From Geosiphon pyriformis uo1 (taxonomy: Eukaryota > Fungi > Glomeromycota): a stretch of DNA of 64,000 nucleotides. The DNA lies in the NCBI GenBank assembly GCA_016748015.1, contig JAAOMT010000752.1, forward strand, positions 8,976 through 72,975. The letters are read 5' to 3'. This document shows, piece by piece, positions 41,800 through 54,200 of this stretch. Both the position numbers and the translations under genes were made by a program. The stretch's first letter is position 1. Each line of letters starts with the position of its first letter. The notes under the pieces were generated by a model. It saw only the letters and a program-made list of their open reading frames with translations. It had not been told where the DNA came from and did not search any database.

Positions 41800-44700
41800 T
41801 AACGTGTTGTTGTCAATAATCAGAATTGGTTCTAGATCTCGTGGAATTTTATCTGGTTGGACTAGTATTCTCTGTACTTCTATTTGTGGAATATTACTGG
41901 TAAATAGTAGTGTGATTTTGTAATATGGTTTCAGTCAATCTTCATGTACTGCTTTGGTTAAAATTTTGTTATCCAATCTTAATTTGTAAGCTCCATTTCC
42001 TAGAATTTCTTCTATGTGAAATGGTCCATCCCATTTGGGATCAAATTTTCTATTCTATTGTTTTTCTGCTTTGGTATAATGTAGTAATACTTTGTTTCCA
42101 ATCTTGAATTCAACTGGTTTGTCTGGTAGTTAACTATTGTGTCTTTTTTTCTGTTTTTCTTGTGATTTTTGAATATTATTAGCTGCTCTTTTTTGTTTGT
42201 TTTCCAATGTTTCCATTAAGTCATATGTTCTTCTCAGCAATGTTTTTTGAAAATTTTTTTCTGTTATTGGTTCAGCTGAATATGTATTAATTTCTCTCTC
42301 TACTGGTAACGTTGCTGTTCTTCTATACATTAATTCAAATAGTGTTGCTTGTGTAGTATCTTGTTTTATTGTCTAATAAGCAAATAGTACTGATGGTATG
42401 AACAAATTCCAATCATTCTGGTTTTCTTGGCTGAGCTTAGCTATTGCTTCACACAATGTTCTGTTGAATCTTTCTACTAATCTGTTGGTTTGTAGATGGT
42501 ATAGTGATGATAATGGTTTCTTGATTCCGAATTTTTGGCTCAATTCTGTTAATGTTCTGTTCACAAAATGAGTTTCTTGGTCTGATAATAGTTTTTTTGG
42601 ACATCTATGTCAACAAATCAAATCCTGATGAATGAATTCGGCAATGGATTTTGCATCTGCTTTTTGAATTGCTTTTACCTCTGGCCATTTAGTGAGATAA
42701 TCTATAGCTACTGCTATGTATCTGTTTCCTCTGTTGGTAATTGTTAATGGTCCAACTAAATCAATTTCAATATAATCAAATAGTTGTCCCACTTTGATTG
42801 GTTTTAATGGTTTATTGGGTTTCATACCTCCTTTTCGCTGACAGGCATCACAATTTTGAACATATTGGATGATGTCTGGATATATTAATGGCCAATAGTA
42901 TCTTTTTTTGGTTCTTTCCATGGTTGCTTCTTTATGAAAATGTCCTGCTGTTAGATTTGAGTATATGTTGAATAATATTGTTTCTTTTTCTGGCTCTGTA
43001 ATTACTCTGGTTGGTTGATCTGAATCTTTTCTATTTTTCTGATAAAGTATATGTTGGTGAGTGATAAAATATTTTGATTGTTGTTTGATACTCTTTCGTT
43101 CCATTTGAGATAAATTCTCCTTGAACTGTTGAGTGTTTATATAATGTTGAAGTTGTTGATATTTTTGTATGTTTATCTTTTGTTATATTTTTGTTGGTAT
43201 TGTTCTGGTTTTGTTATATTTTTGTGTTAAAATGTTCTTAGATTTGTCTTATTTGCAACAAACTGTCGGCATTTCTGTTGTCTTTTCCTTTCTTATAATG
43301 TATAGTATAAGTATATTATAATAATGCTATTTTTCATCTGGATTGGCGGCCATTATTAAATTCTTGCTTTTTGAAGTGATGTTAATCTTTTATAATCTGT
43401 GTATATATCAAACTTTTGGCTCAAGTATTCATTCCACTTCATGACTGCCTAATAGATTGCTAAATGTTCTAATTTGGGTGTTCCATAGTTTTTTTCAGCT
43501 GGTGTTAGACCTTGGCTGGCATATGCTATTGGATGTTCTCTGCCGTCTGGTCTCTTCTGAGATAGTACTGCTCCTAATGCTTGACCAGATGCATTAGTAG
43601 TGATAATGAATGGTTTGTTGTAATCTGAATAGATCAGTACTGGAGCTTGAATAAGTTTTCTTTTCAGAATATCAAAAGCTTCTTGTTGACTTTCTGTTCA
43701 TTCATATTTGGTATTCTTGGTTTGCAGATTATTGAGTGGTTGAGCTATCTTTGAAAAGTTCTTTATAAAGCATTGATAGTAGCTTGCAAATCCCAAGAAT
43801 GATTTCAATTCAGTCATATTGGTTGGTACTGGAAAGTTTTTTACTATCTCTATTTTCTCTGGATCCATTTTGATGCCATCTTTGTTAACTATGTGTCCCA
43901 AGAATTTTAGTTCTGTCTTGCCAAAGAAGCACTTTGTTGCATTTAACTTTAGTCTTGCTCTTTTTAGTCTTTTGAACACTTGTTGAAGATAATGAAGATA
44001 ATCATCAAATGTTTTTGAGAATATGTTGGTGTTATCCAAGTATATAACTACTGATTTTTACAATAAACTAGTATAGACAATTTCTATTAGCTGTTGGAAA
44101 GTGGCTAGTGTGTTGGTTAAACTGAATGGCATTACTTCAAATTCAAAATTCCTTTCTCTCATGGTGAATACCATCTTCTCTTTGTCAGCTGGATCCATGA
44201 CTACTTGTCAGTAACCACTGTCCAAGTCTAATGTTGAGAACCATTTGTTCCTGCCAAAAGCATTGAATAGTTCTTGTATTCATGAAGTTGAATAGCTGTC
44301 TCTATGAGTTACACTATTTAGTTTTCTGTAGTCCACACAAAATTGGATTTTCCATTCTTCTTTTGGACAAGTACTACTGGTAACGACCATAGGCTCATTG
44401 ATGGCTAAATTAACCTATTGTCCAGCATTCAGTTGATCTCTTGATAGATGATTTCATGGCTGGCTGGTGGTACTTTGTATGCTCACTGTTTGATGAACAT
44501 TGCATTTTCAGTATTGATCTGATGCTGGATAATGTCAGTTCGGCCAAACTCATTTTCGCTGGCAAAAATGTCATTGAACTGGTTGAGCAACATCTTGAGT
44601 TGCATATATTGGAGTGGATCTAAGTTTCCTATATTTATTTGTTTCAATTGTTCTGATTGGAGCAAATAACATTTACTTTGTCCATATATTGTTTGTGATG

Positions 44701-46324
44701 TGATATCAACATATCCACAAAGTTGTGGAAAGTCTGGAATGGGGTTTGGTGGTTGATCCTCCATTTTAGTGTTTAAGTATCCAATAATAGTTCCAGCTGG
44801 TATTTCTATGATATTTTCTGTATTGTTGTAAATGGGAATTTTGATATGGCTGTAATCTTTGGCTAGTATGTGGAGATTAATAAGTCCAACTTCTCCTAAT
44901 TCACAAAAACTGGTTTCTGCTTCAAAAATTTGTGCTTGGTCTTTTTCTTTCCTTTCTATTGCTAGCATGTACTGGTTATATGGTGAAATAGAAATAGCTT
45001 AACTGGTTGAGATAATTTCTCCTTGGCCAACAATTTCTTCTTCCATCATATTAACTAGTACATCTATTCTACCCATTAATCCAAATTCCTGTATTCCTCT
45101 CACTGTTATTCCTAATTCTTCCCTCTTTCCCACTGATACTAACTAAGTTACTCTAACCAGAGGCAGAAATATTGCCTGTGCTATCTTTTTGTTGGGCTCT
45201 ATTATATAGGCTTTTTCTGAGTCATTTTGTAGCATAGCAATGATATTTCCTACATATCCCGTGTCAATTATTCCTCCTCTTATATTAATCTCTCTTTTTG
45301 CTAAACTACTTCTGAATGCTAATTGAACTATTGTTGTTGCCAGAATTTCTAGTGCTACTTTCAGATCAATGCAGATGCATGAATGTGGTTCCAATTTAAT
45401 GGCTTCTGTTTCTGGATATCTTAGATCAAATCCTGCATCAGTATTGTGTGTGCATTCTGGCATAATACCTTCATTATTATTATTGAACCATTTCAGTTCT
45501 TGTTCCTTGGTGAGGTCAGGAAGCGCAATATATTGTTTATAGCTTGAGTCGGAGTTTGAATCTAAGTTGATATCATTGTCATTGTCATTGCTGTTTTGAA
45601 TGGAGCTGGAATTATTATTCTTGTTGTTGTTGTTGTCGGGATTTGAATCGGGATCAAGTGGTGATTCTGACTCTGATGTGCAGCTGCTGATTGGTTCTTC
45701 CTCTTTGGGAATTGTGTAGATTATGCATGGTAGTGGATTGTAAATGAGGTCACAATCGTCACAATATTTAAAGTCACTGAGAATTAAACAATGGCAACAC
45801 AGTCTTGTATTTAACTATGCTAGCCATTGTTCTTGTTCCTCTTTAGTAGGTGCCAAGTTTTGGTAGTATTCATAGAACTTTTCTGGTTCCAGAAAATTTA
45901 TGACTGGTTCTGCATCCCAGTCAAGCTCGATGGGTTCTGGTAGATTGTTTTTAATTGTCCTAATTTCTTTTGGTGATGTGCTTTCAATTTTGGTGGTTGC
46001 CATCCGCCATAATTCATCGTCATCATGTGGACAACTGTCCAATTGCTGTACAGCTCTTCTCCAGGCAGCTTCTATGGGTGTTCTTTTCTCGACCCAGTTG
46101 CTGATGAGGATCGTGTATTAGCAAGACACATTGCACATTCCTCCTTTCCCTGGAATGTTGTTCCACATTTTTTTATCTAGCAGGGTCTCTCCACAAGTAA
46201 AACAAGGTTGGCTATCCCATTTTCCTTGCCTCTTTGGTCATCCAAAGCGTTCGAGTAAGCATGAATGACAGTAGAATTTTGTTGTGGTGTGGTATTCCTC
46301 ATTGTCACCACAGCATGCACCAAA
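41800..46324 (-). pseudogene. pol of B, 3' part: Cys-rich region, dUTPase, RT, RNase H, integrase
   Basis: AGFDLRY/RSSLA/GGIIDTGYVG/KIAQ (45143-45463); RT YLDN; integrase GHF..YYWP..CDAC, IDLVGP, VERFN, KWDGPFHI. Confidence 0.9.
45065..45463 (-). pseudogene. dut: dUTPase domain of B
   Basis: All five motifs are recognisable, including RGIQEFGL after a stop. Confidence 0.85.
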
Positions 46325-47418
46325 TGTTATGGGTAAACTTGGTGGGTATGGGAAATGATAACGTTTGATGCTCTTAATTATTGATAATGCGTCTTCCATG
46401 TAATTCTGTTGGCTTAGTCTTGATTATTAGTCTCTGAAGGTCTATTCCTGGATGTGAATTTTACCCGTTGAGTTCTTTGGTTATAAGGCACAGAGTTTGT
46501 CTTTCGTCAATTACAACGTTTTTCGTAAATGTAAGCTTTCTTCTCTGAGCTAACAAGCACAGTCGTTAGAGTCTGGCATTGTCTTTTCACCCTTCTGGTA
46601 AGCTAACAAGATAATGTTAATATCCAAAACTTAGAAGGAGCTTCCTTCTTTTACCAGGCTATCACAAAGTCTATTCTTAGACAGTCAATTTTACTATGTT
46701 GCCACTCCACAAAAAATTAAGATAGAAAAAGAAAGAAAAAGAAAAAGAAAAGAAAAGAAAAGAGAGAAAAGATAAATTAGTATCATCAATCACCGTAATC
46801 AAGAGTGATTGGTCCAAATCGTTAATAGGTTCAAGGCAGTTATGCTAAGAGTATTTGTTCTAGAACAGAGATACGAGACAAGGATTAATTCATGTAAATT
46901 TCACAAAGTTCGAGAACATGAATTCGTGATTCTGATTTCTTTTAATAATTGGTTTATTTCAGAAGATGAAATAGGGAAGATAATAAAGAATGAAAGGGTA
47001 TGGATATTTTAATTTCTGGTCTAGAGGTTCATATCTATTTTTTCTTCTCTGTCTTTTCTCACTTCTACAACTACTTGCTTTTATACATTCTTTTGGTTTT
47101 ACAGGATTGTTTTCAATTGTTTCGCTATCGCTAGCTATTGCTTTGTTGTTTCTGTTATTGCTTCGTTTTTCTATGTTATCGCTAGTTATCTTATGTTATA
47201 ACATGTTATCTGATGTTATTACATGTTATTTTGTGTTATCCTGCATTATAACACGTTATCCTACATTATTGTGCACTATTCTGTGTTATCCTGCATTATA
47301 ACACATTATCCAATGTTATAATGCGTTATCCAACATTATTACACGTTATTCTGTGTTATGTCACATTTTTGGTCACGTTTCTTTATAACTTTGGATCGGT
47401 TTTTCTACTCGGGTAACA
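46325..47418 (-). repeat. 3' LTR of A, with ~20-bp TGTTAT/ATAACA tandem repeats and an (AAAAG)n tract
   Basis: Repeats such as tgttatcctgcattataacacg at ~47170-47362; A-rich tract 46724-46772. Confidence 0.92.
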
Positions 47419-47432
47419 TTATCCCTTTCTTT

Positions 47433-48167
47433 TTAAAATTGAGCTCCTGCGAAACTGTATGTATCTGTTATTGTGGCTTTGTTCATATAATGTTCGATTG
47501 TTGCTTCAAGTATTGCCTTTTGTAGGTCTTCGAACTGTTGATTGGTTATTTGTCCTATGCTGTTAACCATTATGGTTTTCATAGATCTGTTCAGTAATAT
47601 GTTTGGGCAATGTTGGAAGGCAGCGTATAGTCGGTATGCTGCTTTGTAATATAGAGTCAGGTTGTTTTTCCCTATGAATTTTTCTACTTGTTGTATTGCT
47701 TCTTTGTTGAATGTTTTCTGGCTGAGGTCTTCATATGGTGTTTTCAAGTCAAGCTGTTCTCCAATTTTGTAGAACCAATAAGCTGGAGAAAGTCTTTTTT
47801 TCCATTCCTGGGCATTGTCAAGTGTCCACTCTCCTGTTTCGGGGAGTTTGGTCCCATAAGTTAAAGCTTGTTTTATTTTTTCAAGCTCGGGGACCAAGTA
47901 TCTTCTTTTGTAATCTTTTTCTCATTCTTTGCCTCCTTTTTTTCCACCTCCTGCCCGAAGACAATTTTTCCTCCTACATTGCCTTTCAGGTGGTGGGTAG
48001 AGAAGGGAACATTTAGTTCTAATTGAACTCTCATCTTCCCCTCTTCTGCTCTTATCTTTGTACCATATCTCTTTTTTATCAATTGTTATTTCTATTTGAG
48101 ATGTCAATTTTTGAATTGTTTCAAATAATTGTTTAGATAATTTTAAAATTTGATCTGAAAGGTCCAT
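47433..48167 (-). pseudogene. Extra 3' ORF (ORF3) of A, ~245 codons, unknown function
   Basis: 47922-48167 and 47433-47897 are in one frame with one TGA between them; ends YSFAGAQF at the PPT. Confidence 0.82.
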
Positions 48168-48247
48168 GTTGAAATTTCTATCGTTTCTTACTGCTTTTTA
48201 GATGCTATATATATTTGAATTCTCCAATTTAATTTGCTGTCTGTTGT

Positions 48248-51200
48248 CTACATTTTGATGACAATAATTGGTTCTAGATCTCGTGGTATATCTTCTGGTC
48301 TGATTAATGAAATTTGTGTTCTTAATTGAGGTACTGATGACGATGATTCCTGTTTTACATGATAAATTTTTAACTGATTTCCATGCGCTACTTTCTTTAA
48401 AATTCTGTCTTCCAATCGTAATTTGTAAGCTTCATTTCCTAACACTTCGTGTATGTGGAATGGACTGTCCCACTTTGGGTCGAACTTTCCACTCCACTGT
48501 TTTTCAGCTTTTGTACAATGTAACAGTACTTGGTCTCTAATCTTGAATTCCATTGGTTGTTCTGGCAGGTGTTTATCATGTCTTTCTTTTTGTCATTCTT
48601 GAGCATGACTAATATTGTCAGCTGCTGTTTTTCAATTGTTTTCCAATGTTTCCATTAGCTGGTACATTCTTTGGTGTAAGATAGTCTCAAAATTCTCTTC
48701 ATTGATTGTTTCTGTTGGGTATGACGGTATTACTTGTTCAATTGGTAATGTAGCTTTTCTTCCATAAACTAGTTCGAATGGTGTGAACTGAGTCATATTT
48801 TGTTTTAATGTTCGGTATGCAAAGAGTACAGAAGGTATGAATAAGTCCCATTTTTGTCTGTTTTCATGACTTATTTTTGCTAGTGCTTTGCACAGTGTTC
48901 TGTTAAACTATTCTACCAGTCCATTTGTTTGTGAGTGGTATGGTGACAATAAGGGTCTCTTTATTCCAAACTGTTGGCTTAGTTCAGTCAGCATATTATT
49001 AATGAAGTGTGTTCCCTGATCAGATAATAATTTTTTCAGACATCCATGTTGGCAAATTAGGTCTTGATGCACAAATTCGGCAACTGTTTTGGTGTTGGCC
49101 ACTTGGATTGCTCTGGCTTCTGGCCATTTTATAAGATAGTCTAGAGCTACAGCAATATAATGATTTCCTTGGGATGTAATTGAAAGAGGTCCAACCAAAT
49201 CAATCCTGATTCTATCAAATGGATTTCCAACTGGAATGGGTCAAAGTGGTTCTGTTGATCTTGTTTCTCCTTTTTGCTGGCATGCGTCACAATTGAGCAC
49301 ATATTCGAAAATGTCTTTGTGCATTGTTGGCCAATAGTATAAGTTTAGTGTTTTTTCAAGGGTAGTGTCTTTGTTAAAGTGTTCTATAGTCGGATCTGAG
49401 TGCACGCTATATAGTATAGTTTCTTTTTCACTGTCCGTGATTAGTCATTGTGGGTTGGGGTGGTTTCGGCATTCTCGTCGATATAGTTGGTTGTCTTGAA
49501 TAAAATAATTTCGGGCTTGTTTTCATATGGTACTCTGTTCCTGTTGAGATAATATCTCTTTGAAACGTAGTGTTGATAAGTACTGATGTAGTCGTTGATA
49601 AGTGAGTGTATCCATGGGTCTGGGATTAGATTTGTGGCATTCTCAACAAACTGTCGGCATTGGTGTTCTTGGATCCTTCTTTGTAATGGACTTTGAGTGA
49701 GAATTGTTGCAGATAAGTACTCTATCTCGCATATTTTCTTTCTAGTTGTGGATTGTTGAGTAACCAAATAAGTCTTTTGTGGTTAGTATATAAGTCAAAT
49801 GGTTGACTGAAATAATGTTTCCAAGTCTGTATGGCCCAATAAATGGTAAGACATTCCAAATCTGTTGTGCTGTAATTCTTTTCTGCTGGGCTAGTGCTGC
49901 GACTAGTGTAGGCAACTGGGTATTCTCTATTGTCCAGTCTTATCTGTGATAAGACTGCTCCTAGAGCATTTTTTGAGGCATCCATAGTGACAATAAACCG
50001 TTTAGTAAAATCTGGGTAAATCAGGATTGGGGATGTGATCAATCGCTGCTTGAGATAGTTAAATGCTTTCTGTTGATCTTCCTTCTACAAGTATGGTACG
50101 TATTTGGACAACAATTGATGGAGTGGTTTTGTGATGTTTGAGAAACTTTTGACAAATTGACAATAATATCCTGCTAATCCTAAAAATCCTCATAATTCTC
50201 TGAGGTTGATTAAGACTGGAAAATCCTTGACTTTTTGTACTTTATCTGGATTGGATTTAACTCTGTCCTTGCCGATTACATGTCCTAGGAATTTTAACTT
50301 GGTTTTTCTAAAGAAGCACTTCTCGGGATTGAGTTTCAATCCAGCATTATGAAGGTGTTCGAAGACTTGTTGCAGGTGGAGCAGATGGTCTTCAAATGTT
50401 TCGGAGAACACATTTGTGTCATCTAGGTAGACTACTACTGATTTCCAAAGGATTCTTTTGTATACTACATCCATCAGGCATTGAAATGTGGCAAGAGCAT
50501 TACAAAGTCTAAAAGGCATTACGTTAAACTCCATCTCAAGTGATAAATGCTGTTTTTTCTTTGTCTTTGAGGTCCATTTCAACTTGCCAGTAACCACTTG
50601 TTAAATCTAATGACGAGAACCATTTCTTTTTCCTTAGATTGTCCAGAATTTCCTGGATGAGGGGAGTGGGATAACTATTTCTTCATGTGACACTATTTAG
50701 TTTTCGATAATCTATGCAGAATTGCACTTTTCCATTTTTCTTGGTGACCAAGACTACTGGCAAGAACCAAGGGCTTAACAATTCTTTGATTAGGTCATTA
50801 TCAAGCATCCGTTGCACTTCTTGCTTAATTAGGTTATCGCCAGATGGGAGTATACGGTAAGCTCATTGCTTAATTGGTCAAGCGTCTCCTGTATTAATCT
50901 GATGCTTCATAATGTCAGTGCATCCGAACTCATTTTCGCTGGCAAAGACATTGGCATACTGATTCAGAAGGACTTTGAGTTGTATTTGTTGCAGAGTACT
51001 TAAATTTCCTAAATTCAATTTATTGATCTCTTCTGGTGTGAACAAGTAACTTTCTTTTGGCAAATTCTATACTTGTGAGGTAATGTCACAGAATAAGAAT
51101 AATTGTGCGAAATCTGAAATAGACTGGGGTTTTTCAGGATTCTGACTATCTGCGGATATGGAATCGATGAGGGTCCCTTCGGGGATTTCAATGACATCTT

Positions 51201-54200
51201 CTGTCAGGTTGTGGATGGGAATTTTGAAGTGTTTATGGGCTTTGGCCGATAGGTATAGATTAGCAACATTGGCTAGGAAACAGATTTCAGGACTGGTTTC
51301 GAATAATAGGGCTTGATCTTGGATTTTTCAATTCACCTTGAATATGTATTGTCGGTATGGGGGAATGAAGATGACGGTGTCAGTATGGATAAATTCTATC
51401 TGGTTACTGTTTTCCTCCGTGAAATTAACTGGTACATTTCCTTTTCCACTTGATCCAAACCCGTTGATTCCTCAGGCAGTGAGGCCTAACTCTTCTCGGG
51501 TTGTTACTGGGGTTAATTAGGGTATTTTGACTAGGGGTATGAAGATAGCTTGGGCAATCTTTTCTTGTGATTCTATTTTGTAGGGTCTGTCCGAATTGTT
51601 CTGTAGTATCACGATGATGTTTCTTGTGTAACCAGCATCGATGATTCCTCCTTTTATGTCAATTTTTTTCTTGGCTAGACTAGATCGAGAGGCAACTTGT
51701 ACCATTGTACTAATAAGAATTTCTAACACTATCTTAAGATCTATTTTTATGAGGGAATGTGGGGCTATAATGATAAGTGATTGTCCAGAGTATCATAAGT
51801 TGAAACTGGCATCAGTATCATGTGCTCTTTCGGGCAGATTCTTTCCTTGTTGTTACTGTACCATTTTAGCTCTAGTTCTTTGGATAGGTCGGGATACGTG
51901 AGATACTGTTCTGTTTCAGTATCCTCAATTGGATCTTGAAACAACATGTCTTCGGTGATCAATACCTCTTCTTTGGGTTCAGGTAGTTCAGTGATTGGAA
52001 ACAGTATTCTTGGAGGCAAATTGAACATGAGATCACATTCATTGCAGTACTGGAAGTGACAGGGGATCAAACAGTAATTGCATAGTTTGGTATTCAAATT
52101 GGCCAACCTTTGCTTCTGTTCCTTGCGAGTTGGGGCCAATTCCTGATATCGGTTCTGAAATGCATCTGAGTCATCTGTGAAGAAATTATCCTCAGGGTAG
52201 TTGGGTCTAGTATATTCAGGCATCCAAGGGTTGTCCTTAATTTCTCGTATTTCTTCAAGTGTGGCACCTTCGGCCTTGGCACTTGCCATTCTCCAGATTT
52301 CATGGTCATTGTGTGGATAACTGTCTAGCCTGTTGAGTGCTCATTTCCAAGCGTCCTCAATGGAAGTTCCCTTTTATACCCAATTGTTGATTAATATGGT
52401 GTATTGACAAGCCTCGTCACATGTTCTTTCTCTGCCAGACACATCATTTCAGAGTCTTTCATCTGGCAGGATTTCGCCACATGCAAGGCAAGGCATGTAG
52501 TCCCACTTGCCTTGTCATTTTGGTCATCCAAATCTTTCCAGTAAACAAAATTTGCAATAGTATTTGGTGGCGGTGGGCCATTTTTTGTTGTCCCTGATAT
52601 ATGCACTCATAGTGGATAGTTTTTTTTCACAATCAACACATATTAGTCTTGGGGGTTGGTAAAATAAGTTTCTTTGGTCCGAGATTACGTATCCTAGTGA
52701 TGATGATTGGGGTTCTTCTTTGGCTCTGCCTTTTCTTTTTTCTTCCCAGGTTGGTGGTGGGGGTAGTTCAGTTCGATAATCATCCGCCCATGAAACCTGA
52801 TAAGTCTTGATGGTTGGTGGCATTGATGTGTCTTCGAATTCAATAAGGGGTTTCTCAGTACGTTGGTTTTTAAAGTGTCCGCACGTAGCTGGGACTCGGA
52901 CATGCTGTTCATTGAACATGAGTTGAAGTTCTTGGGTGTTTCAGTCGAGAGTAGCATTGGCTTTTGACAACCAGTTGTTTCTTACTAGAGCTTGATATTG
53001 AGTAGCTTCTATGACAAGTACTTTGGTAGGGATTTGGATTCCATTAATCTCGAAAGGGAAGTTGTCAATTTCTCCTATCAGAATTTTTGTGTTCTTATCC
53101 GCTGTAATGATCTGGGCAGTAGTGGCATGGTCTACTCGGCGACCTAATTGGTCTATGAGCTGCTTCGTGATTATGCTACCAGCTGATCTACTATCCAGGA
53201 TTAATTTAATGTCTATTCCTCCGACTCTGGCATCGGTATATAGAACTGTTATTGGTTTATCCTGATTGATGGCTGCTCCACTAAAAAGGCTATGTGTGTT
53301 CAAATTATTGATGTCAAAAGAAAATATGGTGGCTAGGTTGGTGTTTTCAATAATAGTGGCTGGTGGGATATTGCTTTTTGTTTGCTTGGAAGGTTGGAAG
53401 ATTTGTTCTATATCCTTCCCTTTCACAGGTGTAGATTTATTAAAACTCTGGTCTTCCATAAGACCGAGATAGGAAGCTTAATTTGGGTATTCAGTTGGTA
53501 TTGGTCAAGATTGGGCAGAACTGCGAGGGATTGGTCGAGATGGTCTATTGTTGGTTTGCACCTGATTGTTGTTGGAATTCTTCCATTCCTGATTATAGTC
53601 TATAGCTCAAGATCTGGACGGGCTGTAAGGGGAAGTTTGATAGTAAGAGATTGCTTGTGTCATTGGTGGTGGTTGATAATAATTCTGGGGCGGTGGTTGA
53701 GTGTATGGGACTTGTTGTGCGTATAGGGGTGGTTGATTCTGAGGTATGGAATATTGGGGTACCATGTTTTGCTGATATCTGCGTTGCTGGTATGGGTTTC
53801 CTTGATTTTGGTCCATGATCTTCCTTCTGCAGTCATGGGCGATGTGTCCAGATTTCTGGCAGTAGTAGCAGTTGTGGGGATCAGATCTCCAAGGTTGTTG
53901 CTGTTGCTGACAGTTCTGTTGCTGTGGGTATCTGCTGTTGTTATTATTTTCTCTCCATTGGAGTGGTTGGTAAGTTCCTGTAGTTCCGGCTAAGAATCCC
54001 TCAATTTTCTGAGTTAGTTTCTCACTCAATTGGGTTATCTTTGCATCGATGTCAAAGGTTTTGTTAATGGCTAAATTAACAGCTTGGGTATGGTTCACTT
54101 TTTGTTCTGCAGACTCAAAATCATGAGCGAGAGTAACGGCGTCTTGTAAACTGGTCGGATGGCGGGGTCTTATAGATTTTAGAATACTACTCTGCAATTC

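Noticed and set aside
46325-46602. Possible ~90-codon ORF in the U5 of the A LTR
   Set aside because: Two in-frame TAA stops are shared by both A LTRs and by the C 5' LTR; there is no support for coding.
46990-47301. Hydrophobic, membrane-like ORFs (also 56251-56445, 39557-39853)
   Set aside because: They are antisense translations of the U3 tandem repeats in the LTRs.
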